A stretch of DNA of 64,000 bases, from NCBI GenBank assembly GCA_963692915.1, contig OY843584.1:448001-512000 (forward strand), given 5' to 3'. Below, one piece after another: positions 30,282 to 39,867 of this stretch. How positions within the stretch are numbered: position 1 is the stretch's first letter; each line of letters starts with the position of its first letter. Both the position numbers and the translations under genes were made by a program. The notes beneath the pieces were generated by a model. That model had not been told where the DNA came from and did not search any database. It worked only from the letters and a program-made list of their open reading frames with translations. The stretch is from Cenarchaeum sp. (lineage in GTDB: Archaea; Thermoproteota; Nitrososphaeria; Nitrososphaerales; Nitrosopumilaceae).

Positions 30282-30407
30282 ATGGAGCCAAAGACCAAGT
30301 GTCCCTACTGTGACTCGGAGTTTGAGGAAAAAGATGAGCTCTCGCGGCATATCGACAGGATACACCACGGAAGCGGTCTGCTTGAAGGAGACACGAGAAA
30401 GTATTGA
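30282..30407 (+). CDS. 41-aa C2H2 zinc-finger microprotein (not in ORF track)
   Basis: Manual translation MEPKTKCPYCDSEFEEKDELSRHIDRIHHGSGLLEGDTRKY*; TTTAATA about 25-30 nt upstream. Confidence 0.8.
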   Translation: MEPKTKCPYCDSEFEEKDELSRHIDRIHHGSGLLEGDTRKY

Positions 30408-30927
30408 GCCCCTGCGCGAGCTCTTTGAGCGCGCTGCAGGACTAAAGGTGACTCGCCGTAGTGGCTGGGTCGAAAGGCTCGGCCTCGAGTCCGTCGAGTC
30501 AGTCGCCGATCACACGTACGCAACTGCGTTCATGTCAATGGTCTATGCCGATATCATGGGACTTGACACGTGCAGGGTGGTGCGCATGGCGCTCCTCCAT
30601 GATCTTGCCGAGTCGATAACCGGAGACATTACGCCAGGATCGCTTCCGGCCGGCCAAAAGGAGTCTGATGAGCGCGCCGCAATGGACTCGCTGCTCTCGC
30701 TGCTTCCGCAGGATGTGCGCGCCGGTTATTCTGCGGCATGGGCAGAGTACCTTGCAGGCGAGTCGCGCGAGTCGCGCCTTGTGAGGCAGGCTGACAAGCT
30801 CGAGATGGCAATGCAGGCGAGCCGCTATGCGAACGCCGGTGACATTGGCCCGTTTATGAAAACGGCACGCGAGCACGTGGGTGACTCTGGCCTCCTTCGC
30901 ATGCTAGACGCCTGCGAGCGTGGCTAG
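30382..30927 (+). CDS. HD-domain phosphohydrolase (YfbR/HDDC2-like 5'-deoxynucleotidase)
   Basis: LKVTRRSGW, ESVADH, LLHDLAESITGDI, DKLEM; start uncertain. Confidence 0.88.
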   Translation: MKETRESIEPLRELFERAAGLKVTRRSGWVERLGLESVESVADHTYATAFMSMVYADIMGLDTCRVVRMALLHDLAESITGDITPGSLPAGQKESDERAAMDSLLSLLPQDVRAGYSAAWAEYLAGESRESRLVRQADKLEMAMQASRYANAGDIGPFMKTAREHVGDSGLLRMLDACERG

Positions 30928-30991
30928 GGGCGCGCATGTCCGCGCCGGGATAGGTTAATTACGCTAGCGCGCCGGCGCGTCTGCCAGAGAG

Positions 30992-31270
30992 TTGCCCGAA
31001 TATGCAGTCAGCGTAACGATCGAGAACCGTCCCGGCATGGCCGATCCCGAGGGCGAGACGATACTGCGGGATCTCGTCTTGAGGGCATCGTATGACAGCG
31101 TGCGCGAGGTTCGCACCGCTCGTGTGCTGCGCTTTAGGGTCGATGCCAGGGATGCAGGGGACGCCGAGGGGCGCATAGGGCGCATGTGCGCGGAGCTGCG
31201 CATATACAACCCGCTCGTGAGCCGCGTGACGGTCAGGGCTGACGGTGCGACAGAGTCCAAGGTTAATTAA
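30992..31270 (+). CDS. purS: FGAM synthase subunit PurS
   Basis: DPEGETI, YNPLV; upstream of purQL. Confidence 0.9.
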   Translation: MPEYAVSVTIENRPGMADPEGETILRDLVLRASYDSVREVRTARVLRFRVDARDAGDAEGRIGRMCAELRIYNPLVSRVTVRADGATESKVN

Positions 31271-31974
31271 TGCGGGCACTCACGCACTGCGGCGTGCGGG
31301 TGGCAATCCTAGTTTTTCCCGGGAGCAACTGTGATCGCGACGTGCACCATGTCCTCTCTGACGTGCTCGGCTTTGAGGTCGAGCGTGTGTGGCACGAGAG
31401 CGGGGTGCCGGCGCGAACCGACGCCGTCGTGCTGCCGGGGGGCTTCTCCTACGGGGATCGACTCAGGGCAGGGGCAATAGCGGCACACAGCCCCGCAGTC
31501 AGGGATGTCACCGAGCTGGCACGCAGCGGCATCCCAGTTATTGGCATATGCAACGGGTTTCAGATACTTGTCGAGGCGGGCCTCCTGCCCGGCGCGCTGC
31601 TCCACAACGAGCGCCTCTCCTTTATGTGCCGCTGGACAAAAATATCAGTCGAGAGCACGGACACGCCGTTCACGAGGATATTTTCGGCAGGCGAGGAGAT
31701 TGCAATCCCGGTGGCAAACGGGGAGGGGAGGTACTATGCCGACGAGGAAACGCTGCGCGACCTGGAGCGCAACTCACAGATCGTGTTTCGCTATGCCGAG
31801 CACGTCAACGGCTCAACTGCGAGGATAGCCGGCGTGTGCAGCAGGGAGCGTAACGTTGTTGGCATGATGCCGCATCCCGAGAGGGCATCAGAGCCTGAGA
31901 CTGACCGACACTCCGGCGGGACAGCCTCGGCAATATTTCGCTCCCTGCTCGGGCTTGCAGGAGCTGCCGCATGA
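31270..31974 (+). CDS. purQ: FGAM synthase glutaminase subunit
   Basis: FPGSNCD, PGGFSYGD, GICNGFQIL, GMMPHPER. Confidence 0.96.
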   Translation: MRALTHCGVRVAILVFPGSNCDRDVHHVLSDVLGFEVERVWHESGVPARTDAVVLPGGFSYGDRLRAGAIAAHSPAVRDVTELARSGIPVIGICNGFQILVEAGLLPGALLHNERLSFMCRWTKISVESTDTPFTRIFSAGEEIAIPVANGEGRYYADEETLRDLERNSQIVFRYAEHVNGSTARIAGVCSRERNVVGMMPHPERASEPETDRHSGGTASAIFRSLLGLAGAAA

Positions 31975-34142
31975 CGGGGCTCTCGGGGCAGGAGATGGCC
32001 GCGCTGCGACAAAAGATTGGGCGCGAGCCTAGCGTGACGGAGTCGAGCATTGTGGCAGCCGAATGGTCAGAGCATTGCTCGTACAAGTCCTCAAAGAACC
32101 ACCTCTCGATGCTTCCGCGCGAGGGCCCGCACGCGCTGACTGACGTGTCATATGACTCTGGCGTGCTAGATGTCGGCGACGGATATGTCGTGACGGTTCA
32201 CATAGAGAGCCACAACCACCCGTCTGCCGTAGAGCCATACGGCGGTGCTGCCACCGGCGTCGGCGGTGTCATACGCGACATACTCTCGGCCGGAACGCGG
32301 CCAATCGCGCTGCTCGACGGGTTGCGCTTTGGTGACATTGGCTCTGACGCGCATGCGAGATGGCTCTTTCGCGGGGCCGTCTCGGGCATTGCAGACTATG
32401 GTAACTGCATCGGCGTCCCGACTGTCGGCGGCGAGGTTGGCTTTGGCTCATGCTATGCCGGATATGCGCTAGTCGACGTTGCCGCAGTCGGCTTTGGCAA
32501 GCGCGATCGCCTGATCAAAAACCACGCGACACAGGGTGATGCCGTCATGCTAGTCGGCGGTGCGACGGGGCGCGACGGGATTGGCGGCTCGCAGTTTGCC
32601 TCTGACGCCCTAGATGGCGAGGATCGCTCGGCGGTCCAGATACCTGACCCCTTTATGGAAAAGCTCGTAATAGAGGCGACGCTTGAGGCGCGCGATGCCG
32701 GAATCATCCATGCGCTAAAGGATCTCGGCGGCGGCGGGCTCTCGTGCGCCACGTCCGAGGCCGCCGACTCACTAGGCGTGGGAATCTCGATCGACGCCAG
32801 CAGCGTCCACGTGCGCGAGGCCGGCCTTGGCGCGCATGAGATAATGACGTCCGAGTCCCAGGAGCGGATGATGCTCATAGTCGCGCCAGACTCTGTGGGA
32901 AAGCTAGGCGAGATATGCGCAAAGTACGGCGTGCCGTGCTCACAGATTGGGACTGTGAGCGAGGGCGACGAGCTGCGCGTGGCCCACAAGGGCTCCGAGA
33001 TCGCACGTCTTCCGGCCTCCTTTGTGGCCAACGCGCCAAGGCTGGACCGCGAGGCGCGCAAGCCGCCGTACATTGACGAGCTTGCGGGCCTGCGGGCGCC
33101 AGACCCTGGCGGCGAGCGCGAGCTCTCTGCGGCCCTCCTGATGCTCCTCTCCTCGCCGAACATTGCCTCGCGCGAGTGGGTCTATGGCCAGTATGACCAC
33201 GAGGTCGGCATCCGCACTGTGGTGAGGCCCGGCGGCGATGCGGCACTCTTGCGCCTTGATAACGGCAAGTACCTCTCGATAACAATGGATGGCAACCCCG
33301 CCCACTGCTATGCGAGCCCCCGCGACGGCGCGACGGGATGCTTTGAGGAGGCATGCCGCAACACTGCATGTGTTGGGGCAAGGCCCATAGGGATGGTTGA
33401 CCACCTGCAGTTTGGCAACCCTGAAGATCCTGGAGTGTTCTGGACGTTCCTCGAGTCGCTGCGCGGCATATCAGGGCATGCGCGCGACATGGGAATACCG
33501 TGCGTTGGGGGCAAGGTGAGCTTTTACAACGAGACTCCGTCTGGTCCAATATGGCCAACGCCAGTTATCGGCGTCGTCGGCCTGGCCGAGCGCATGCCGC
33601 CTGCGCACGCTGCGGCGGGGGGAGACGCACTAGTTGCGATCGGACTCACGCGCGATGAGCTTGGCGCCTCCGAGTACGGCCTGCGCGTTCACGGGACGCT
33701 TGCGGGCAGCGTTGCGCAAGTTGATGCCGGCGAGTCACGCGCCGTAATGGATGCTGTCCTCGCGCTCCATTCTGCAGGCCTAGTGCATGCCGCACACGAC
33801 TGCTCGCGCGGTGGATTTGCCGTGTGCGTCGCCGAGATGTGCATAATGGCCGGCGCGGGAGCCGACATCTCCCTTGATCGCATGCCGGGCGGCGAGGGGA
33901 TTGGCGACAGCGCGGCCCTGTACTCGGAGAGCCACTCGAGGTATGTCGTGGCCGTGGATGCAGCAGACGTGCAGCGCACACTCGATGTCGCCTCATCGAG
34001 TGGTGCCACATGCGCGCACGTCGGCTCGCTTGGCGGGACGACAGTTCGCTTTTCGCGCCGCGGCTCTACGGCTGCGGCAGTCGATCTCGACGAGGCGACG
34101 AGGTCATGGAGGACATCGCTGGAGGTGGCAGCAAATGGTTAA
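31971..34142 (+). CDS. purL: FGAM synthase subunit PurL
   Basis: WSEHCSYKSS, ESHNHPS, GAATGVGG, SESQERM, GGKVSFYNE. Confidence 0.97.
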   Translation: MTGLSGQEMAALRQKIGREPSVTESSIVAAEWSEHCSYKSSKNHLSMLPREGPHALTDVSYDSGVLDVGDGYVVTVHIESHNHPSAVEPYGGAATGVGGVIRDILSAGTRPIALLDGLRFGDIGSDAHARWLFRGAVSGIADYGNCIGVPTVGGEVGFGSCYAGYALVDVAAVGFGKRDRLIKNHATQGDAVMLVGGATGRDGIGGSQFASDALDGEDRSAVQIPDPFMEKLVIEATLEARDAGIIHALKDLGGGGLSCATSEAADSLGVGISIDASSVHVREAGLGAHEIMTSESQERMMLIVAPDSVGKLGEICAKYGVPCSQIGTVSEGDELRVAHKGSEIARLPASFVANAPRLDREARKPPYIDELAGLRAPDPGGERELSAALLMLLSSPNIASREWVYGQYDHEVGIRTVVRPGGDAALLRLDNGKYLSITMDGNPAHCYASPRDGATGCFEEACRNTACVGARPIGMVDHLQFGNPEDPGVFWTFLESLRGISGHARDMGIPCVGGKVSFYNETPSGPIWPTPVIGVVGLAERMPPAHAAAGGDALVAIGLTRDELGASEYGLRVHGTLAGSVAQVDAGESRAVMDAVLALHSAGLVHAAHDCSRGGFAVCVAEMCIMAGAGADISLDRMPGGEGIGDSAALYSESHSRYVVAVDAADVQRTLDVASSSGATCAHVGSLGGTTVRFSRRGSTAAAVDLDEATRSWRTSLEVAANG

Positions 34143-35571
34143 GGAGAACTGTGGCGTTGTGGGGATATTCGCGCGCGGCGAGAATGACAATGTGGTGCCC
34201 ATGGCAATAGACGCGCTCCGTGCCCTGCAGCACAGGGGCCAGGAGGCCTGGGGAATCGCAGTCCCCGGCAAGGCTCCCGTAAAGCGCCTTGGGCTAGTCT
34301 CTGCTGCGGCCGGCGAGTTTGCCGAGATATCCGAGCAGTTCGCCTCGCGTGCGGCCATAGGGCACGTGCGCTACTCGACAGTCGGGCGCAGCAGCCTAGA
34401 GAACGCACAGCCGCTAAAGGTTGCCGACCTGTGCGTAGCGCACAATGGAACCATATCAAACGCATCTGAGATGTCCGGCATGGTTGGTGGCTGCACGTTC
34501 ACGCCGCAGACATCAAGTGACACGCTAGTCGTCGCACAGCGACTCGTCTCGCTAATGTCCGAAAAGTCTGGCCTTGGACCTGCCCTCTCTGTCCTAAAGG
34601 ACGAGATGGTCGGTTCGTACTGCTTTACGTTCCTTGCGGGTGATGACTCGGTCTACGCGGCGCGTGACCCGCGCGGGTTTAGGCCGATGGTCATGGGGTC
34701 AAAGGATGACGGCAGGGTGCGCATGGTCGCATCCGAGTCAGCGGCACTCGCTGCGATCGGCGCGTCCCTTGAGCGTGACGTAAAGCCCGGTGAGCTCGTG
34801 CACCTAGGTCCCAAAGGCCTAGAGTCCGAGATGTTCTCCACAGAGATAAAGAGCGCACACTGCTCCTTTGAGTTCACATACTTTGCGCACCCGTCTAGCA
34901 CCATGGAGGGCAAGAGCGTCTATCTTGCGCGCAAGAGCATAGGGGCACATCTTGCAAAAAAGTTCCCGCTTCGCGACGCGGACCTGGTCATACCCGTGCC
35001 CGACTCGGCTAGGCCCGCGGCGCTAGGATACGCGCAAGAGCTCGGCATCGCCTTTGACGAGGGCCTCATAAAGGATCGTTATAGCAAAAAGGGTCCACTG
35101 CGCAGCTTTATCGAGCCGCACCAGGACGACAGGGTCGAGATAAACCGCTGGATAATCCCGATAAGGCAGATAGTCGAAGGCAGGCACGTTATCGTGATCG
35201 ATGACAGCCTTGTTCGCGGGACGAGCTCGCGTGCCATCGTCGGCACGCTTCGTGACGCCGGTGCGCGCCGAATCAGCATGCTCATCACGTATCCTCCGAT
35301 CATGCACCCGTGCTATGCGGGAATAGACTTTCCCTCAAGCGGCGAGCTTGCCGCCCATTCGGACAGCCCTGACCAGTCACTAGAGGCCGTGACTGAGAGG
35401 GTTAGGCTCGACATTGGGGCGGACTTTTTGGGCTACAATGACGCAGAAAACCTCGCGCGCGCCGTGGGAATCGACACGTCATCAATGTGCTTTACGTGCC
35501 ACACGGGAGACTATGGGCCCCTTGGAGTCACGCCCGAGTTCAAGTCGCGCGAGGACCTAAAGGGTGAATAG
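34135..35571 (+). CDS. purF: Amidophosphoribosyltransferase
   Basis: KENCGVVG, LQHRGQE, GHVRYST, HNG, DDSLVRGT, CFTC. Confidence 0.96.
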   Translation: MVKENCGVVGIFARGENDNVVPMAIDALRALQHRGQEAWGIAVPGKAPVKRLGLVSAAAGEFAEISEQFASRAAIGHVRYSTVGRSSLENAQPLKVADLCVAHNGTISNASEMSGMVGGCTFTPQTSSDTLVVAQRLVSLMSEKSGLGPALSVLKDEMVGSYCFTFLAGDDSVYAARDPRGFRPMVMGSKDDGRVRMVASESAALAAIGASLERDVKPGELVHLGPKGLESEMFSTEIKSAHCSFEFTYFAHPSSTMEGKSVYLARKSIGAHLAKKFPLRDADLVIPVPDSARPAALGYAQELGIAFDEGLIKDRYSKKGPLRSFIEPHQDDRVEINRWIIPIRQIVEGRHVIVIDDSLVRGTSSRAIVGTLRDAGARRISMLITYPPIMHPCYAGIDFPSSGELAAHSDSPDQSLEAVTERVRLDIGADFLGYNDAENLARAVGIDTSSMCFTCHTGDYGPLGVTPEFKSREDLKGE

Positions 35572-35579
35572 GGCGCGCC

Positions 35580-36608
35580 TCACGTCGTCACGTCATCGAG
35601 GCGTGATGACGATTCTGCAAGCCGGATCTCGCGCGCTATGCGCCTCCCCATGCTCATCGGCTCGTCGTACGTGAGTGCCGTGTATGGCGAGCCGTTCATG
35701 TAGATGTTGGTTCCGGCCACAATCCTCGCCGAGAACTCAAACGCGGTGAACTTTGCCTCGGCGTCATATACGCCCTCGATGCAGAACGGCCCGTTCATGC
35801 CCGGTCCGACTAGGCGTGCGGACGCCTCCACAAATGACTCGCCCATCTCGTATACTCGCGGGAGGAGCGACTCGCGCAGAACCATTGCGCTGTTGGCAAT
35901 GACGTTAAACGATGGCGTCATCGTCGATGACATCTGCGCGCTGGCCGGAATGCGCGCAAGCCCGTCAATGTCTGACTCGTGCCTCGAGTCCACGCCAAAG
36001 AACTCGAGCTTTTTAGTGAGTGGCGAGTAAAAGTATTGCAGGTATGCGAGGACGCCGGGAATGTACTCTTGGAGGTATAGCTCCTCATCATGCCCGATGA
36101 CGCCAGTGGCCTCGAGTCTGTTGCGCTTTATCTGATAGTCATCATAGTCCGACGAGATAAAGTAACCCTTGCCGCCTGCAGCGCCGTGTCTTTTTGCTAT
36201 GGTCATGCGGTCAATCTCGCGCGGGTCATCTACTGCGCGTGGTGTCGGCAGCTTTGCCTCGCGCATCAGCTTTTCCTTGAGGCTACGGTCTGACTCCCAC
36301 TTTAGGATGTGGCGATTGCCGAATATGGGAGCGCGTATGGAATCGATCTCGTTCTGTGCCATCTGCGCGACGAGCGTGCCGTGGGGCACCAGGACAGCAC
36401 CGCTGGCCTTCAGTGCAGAGGCCGCCGAACCGTCACCCGATATGTCAGAGAACGAGTCGACTGTGATGATCTCGTCAATGAACGCAAAGCGCCGATAGAA
36501 CGACTCGCGCGACTTTTCACAGACGAGGACCGAGCGCAGTCCCTCGTCTCGCGCGCCCTTTAGGACCTGGAGCGCACAGTGGGATCCTAGCGTTGCTACT
36601 GCTGCCAA
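35580..36608 (-). CDS. purP: Formate-dependent FAICAR synthetase PurP family
   Basis: TLGSHCALQVLKGA, GGKGYF, LRESLL, GPFCIE, EFSARIVAGTN, MSMGRRIA. Confidence 0.93.
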   Translation of the reverse strand: MAAVATLGSHCALQVLKGARDEGLRSVLVCEKSRESFYRRFAFIDEIITVDSFSDISGDGSAASALKASGAVLVPHGTLVAQMAQNEIDSIRAPIFGNRHILKWESDRSLKEKLMREAKLPTPRAVDDPREIDRMTIAKRHGAAGGKGYFISSDYDDYQIKRNRLEATGVIGHDEELYLQEYIPGVLAYLQYFYSPLTKKLEFFGVDSRHESDIDGLARIPASAQMSSTMTPSFNVIANSAMVLRESLLPRVYEMGESFVEASARLVGPGMNGPFCIEGVYDAEAKFTAFEFSARIVAGTNIYMNGSPYTALTYDEPMSMGRRIAREIRLAESSSRLDDVTT

Positions 36609-36828
36609 CGCGCGTTGCGCGCCGTATGTTCATTTATGAACTGTGGGCTGTGCGGGCGTCTGCTAGTCCGGGGGCGCATGGGCGGGGGTGCCCTCACGCC
36701 GGCCTTGCCGTCCGGGACACTTGCGCGCGCCCCGCGTGCGGCCATTCGGCCGTGCCATGGGCCGCCATGGGGCCACCTGCCGTGCGTGGGCATGAAAAAT
36801 TAATTACGGTCGCCCTGCGGGGCTCGCC

Positions 36829-38130
36829 ATGCCAGCTGACAGCCTCGGCAAGGTGAGGCGCACGCACTATTCGTCGGATCTCCGGCCGGACATGGCCGGC
36901 GCGCAGGTGACGCTCATGGGGTGGGTCCTGGCCATCAGGGCACATGGCGCGATATCGTTCCTGACGGTTCGCGACAAGCGCGGCAGCGCCCAGGTGGTCG
37001 CAAAGTCCGGCGAGTGCGCAGATGACGTGCGTGAGACAATCTCCTCACTCAAGCCACACTCTGTGGTTGGCATAACTGGCACGCTAAGAGAGTCGGCCAA
37101 GGCGCCGTCTGGAGTCGAGCTGGTTCCCGGCGAGATTCACGTGTATTCGCGAGTCGAAAAGACCGCACCGTTTGACCCGATGGCCAAGACGGTGAAGAAC
37201 ATTGACACGCGCCTGGAGATTCGTGCCGTCGACCTTCGCCGTGGCGTGCTCCAGGACATCTTTAACGCGCGAAGCGCCGCGCTTGGTGCAGTCCGACAGT
37301 ACCTCACGGGAGAGGACTTTGTGGAGGTGAGCACCCCAAAGCTCATCAGCACGGCAACAGAGGGCGGCGCGTCACTGTTCTCGATATTCTACTATCACAC
37401 GCGCGCGTTTTTGGCACAGAGCCCACAGCTCTACAAGGAGCAGCTCACCATGGCGTTTGAAAAGGTATTTGAGATTGCGCCGATATTCCGCGCAGAGGCC
37501 TCGCGCACCCCGCGACACCTCTCTGAGGCCATATCGATGGATATCGAGGAGGCGTTTGCCGACCAAGACGACATTATGGACAGAGTCGAGCGAATCGTGA
37601 GCGATGCGGCATCTGCTGTCTCCTCGTATCGCGGACTCGAGGGCGCGATCAGCGTGCCTGAGATTCCCGACACGATTCCACGCTACACGTATACGGAGAT
37701 GGTAGAAAAGCTGCAGGCCGCCGGTGCGCGCACAAAGTGGGGCGAGGATCTCTACCCGATCGAGCTTCGCAAGGCGGGCATGGAGGGGTTTTACTTTGTC
37801 AGTGACTGGCCACTGGGCCCCAAGCCGTTCTATGTCAAGGCGGGCAGCGATGGCAAGACATCAGAGTCATTTGACCTGATGTTCGGGGATCTCGAAATCT
37901 CCTCGGGCAGCACGAGGATATCAGACAGGGCAGAGCTTGAGGCGCGCATGTCAGCCAAGGGCATGGACACGCGCGCATTCGAGTACCACCTGCGCGTCTT
38001 TGACTATGGCATGCCCCCGCACGCGGGGTGCGGAATTGGCCTTGAGAGGCTAATCATGGCGCTCACCGGAACTCCTGACATAAAGGACGCGACGTTCTAC
38101 CCGCGCGACGTGGACAGGCTGACGCCATAG
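36829..38130 (+). CDS. aspS: Aspartate--tRNA(Asp/Asn) ligase, non-discriminating
   Basis: RAHG and AKAPSGVE anticodon-domain signatures; LAQSPQLYKE; immediately upstream of gatCAB. Confidence 0.92.
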   Translation: MPADSLGKVRRTHYSSDLRPDMAGAQVTLMGWVLAIRAHGAISFLTVRDKRGSAQVVAKSGECADDVRETISSLKPHSVVGITGTLRESAKAPSGVELVPGEIHVYSRVEKTAPFDPMAKTVKNIDTRLEIRAVDLRRGVLQDIFNARSAALGAVRQYLTGEDFVEVSTPKLISTATEGGASLFSIFYYHTRAFLAQSPQLYKEQLTMAFEKVFEIAPIFRAEASRTPRHLSEAISMDIEEAFADQDDIMDRVERIVSDAASAVSSYRGLEGAISVPEIPDTIPRYTYTEMVEKLQAAGARTKWGEDLYPIELRKAGMEGFYFVSDWPLGPKPFYVKAGSDGKTSESFDLMFGDLEISSGSTRISDRAELEARMSAKGMDTRAFEYHLRVFDYGMPPHAGCGIGLERLIMALTGTPDIKDATFYPRDVDRLTP

Positions 38131-38140
38131 GTGCTAGGGG

Positions 38141-38413
38141 ATGGCCAAGATCACCGAGTCCGAGATTGTGCGTGTGGCGGCCCTCATGAAGATAGATGCC
38201 GGCGATGCGGCCTCACACGTTCCCAAGATCAAAAAGATGATCAAGTACTTTGAGAGCCTCGACCTGGCTGACATGGGGGACAGCGCCCCCAATGCGCACG
38301 TCATCCCGCTTGATGCGCTTCGAGGCGATGAGCGCGTCGAGTGCCCAGATGGGCTTATGGGACACCTAAATGGGGAGGCCGGCGAGCACATTCGTTCGCC
38401 AGACCTGAAATGA
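38141..38413 (+). CDS. gatC: Asp-tRNA(Asn) amidotransferase subunit C
   Basis: ITESEIVRVAALMKI, LRGD; size and position before gatA. Confidence 0.85.
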   Translation: MAKITESEIVRVAALMKIDAGDAASHVPKIKKMIKYFESLDLADMGDSAPNAHVIPLDALRGDERVECPDGLMGHLNGEAGEHIRSPDLK

Positions 38414-39867
38414 CTGCAAGGCTGGCCATTGGCCTGGCCGAGTATGCCGAGGGCGTGCGCACCGGCGACATATCGTGCGAGGAGCACATGGCCGCAACGC
38501 TTGAGCGCATTGAGGCACATGACGCGCTGCTCCACGCGTACGTGTCACTGGATCCGTCTGCGCTTGAGGCGGCATCACAAGTGGACAGGGACGTGCGCGC
38601 CGGAAGGGACGTCGGGGCGCTAGCCGGCGCGCCGGTTGCCATAAAGGACAACATATGCACGGCTCACGGGCGCACGACATGCTGCTCATGGATGCTCGAG
38701 GGATATAGCTCTCCGTACGAGGCCACAGTGGTCTCGCGCCTTCGTGGGGCAGGCGGCATCGTCGTGGGCAAGACAAACATGGACGAGTTTGCCATGGGAA
38801 TCACGACAGAGTTTGGCGCGTTCGGGCCGAGCCGAAACCCGTGGGACACGGATCGCGTTCCGGGCGGCTCGTCGGGGGGAAGCGCCGTGGCCGTGAGCGC
38901 ACTAGAGTGCATGGCTGCGCTCGGCTCTGACACCGGCGGCTCTGTGAGAAACCCGGCAAGCTTTTGCTCCATTGTGGGGTTCAAGCCGACATACGGGCGC
39001 CTAAGCCGCTATGGGCTAGTCTCGTACGCCAACAGCATAGAACAGGTCGGCCCCATGGCTCGAAGCGTGCGTGACGTTGCCATTATGATGAACGGAATGT
39101 CCGGCATTGATGCAATGGATGACACGACACGCAATATGGGAGACGCAGGAGATCACCTTGCGCACCTTGATGCGGGAGTAGAGGGCATGGCAGTCGGACT
39201 TGACACGGGAGCCGTGGACGAGTCGACTGACGTGGGCCGCACAACTCGGCGCGCAGCTGACGAGCTCGAGTCCCTTGGCGCAAGCATAGTCGACGTTAGC
39301 CTAAAGCACGAGAGCCTGTCAGTTGCGGCGTACTATGTGATCACCGCAGCCGAGGCCGGCAGCAACCTTGCACGCTACGACAACATTCTCTACGGGTATG
39401 ACATGCCAGTGGAGGGCTATGAGCACGGCGCGTATGTCACGCGCGCCCGCTCGCGCCTCGGGCCAGAAGTCGAGAGGCGCATGATACTGGGAGGGTTTGT
39501 CCCGTCAGCAGGCCACGCAGGCAAGTACTACCTAAAGGCGATGCGCGCGCGCGATCTGCTCGTAGCAGAGGCCAACTCGTCATTCTCCTCACTTGGAATA
39601 TCGTGCATGCTCTCGCCAACGGTTCCCGTCCCGCCGTTTCGCCTTGGCGAAAAGATCGACGATCCTGTGGAGCTCTTTAGGATGGACTCAAACACGGTCA
39701 TGGCAAACTTGACTGGCAGGCCGGCGATATCGGTTCCGTTTGCCATGTGCGACGGGCTTCCGGTGGGGATGCAGCTGGTCGGCAGCATGGGCAATGACGC
39801 CGAGCTTCTGGGGATCGCCAACGCGCTGCACGGGCGCTCTGAGGTCGTGGGGGTGCCAATCCCATGA
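38410..39867 (+). CDS. gatA: Asp-tRNA(Asn)/Glu-tRNA(Gln) amidotransferase subunit A
   Basis: AIKDNI, GKTNMDEFAMG, PGGSSGGSA, GSDTGGSVR, SNLARYD. Confidence 0.96.
   Translation: MTARLAIGLAEYAEGVRTGDISCEEHMAATLERIEAHDALLHAYVSLDPSALEAASQVDRDVRAGRDVGALAGAPVAIKDNICTAHGRTTCCSWMLEGYSSPYEATVVSRLRGAGGIVVGKTNMDEFAMGITTEFGAFGPSRNPWDTDRVPGGSSGGSAVAVSALECMAALGSDTGGSVRNPASFCSIVGFKPTYGRLSRYGLVSYANSIEQVGPMARSVRDVAIMMNGMSGIDAMDDTTRNMGDAGDHLAHLDAGVEGMAVGLDTGAVDESTDVGRTTRRAADELESLGASIVDVSLKHESLSVAAYYVITAAEAGSNLARYDNILYGYDMPVEGYEHGAYVTRARSRLGPEVERRMILGGFVPSAGHAGKYYLKAMRARDLLVAEANSSFSSLGISCMLSPTVPVPPFRLGEKIDDPVELFRMDSNTVMANLTGRPAISVPFAMCDGLPVGMQLVGSMGNDAELLGIANALHGRSEVVGVPIP

Noticed and set aside
36610-36828. 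GC-rich intergenic region with CCATGGG repeats between purP and aspS as a possible riboswitch
   Set aside because: No recognisable aptamer consensus; explained as a divergent promoter region
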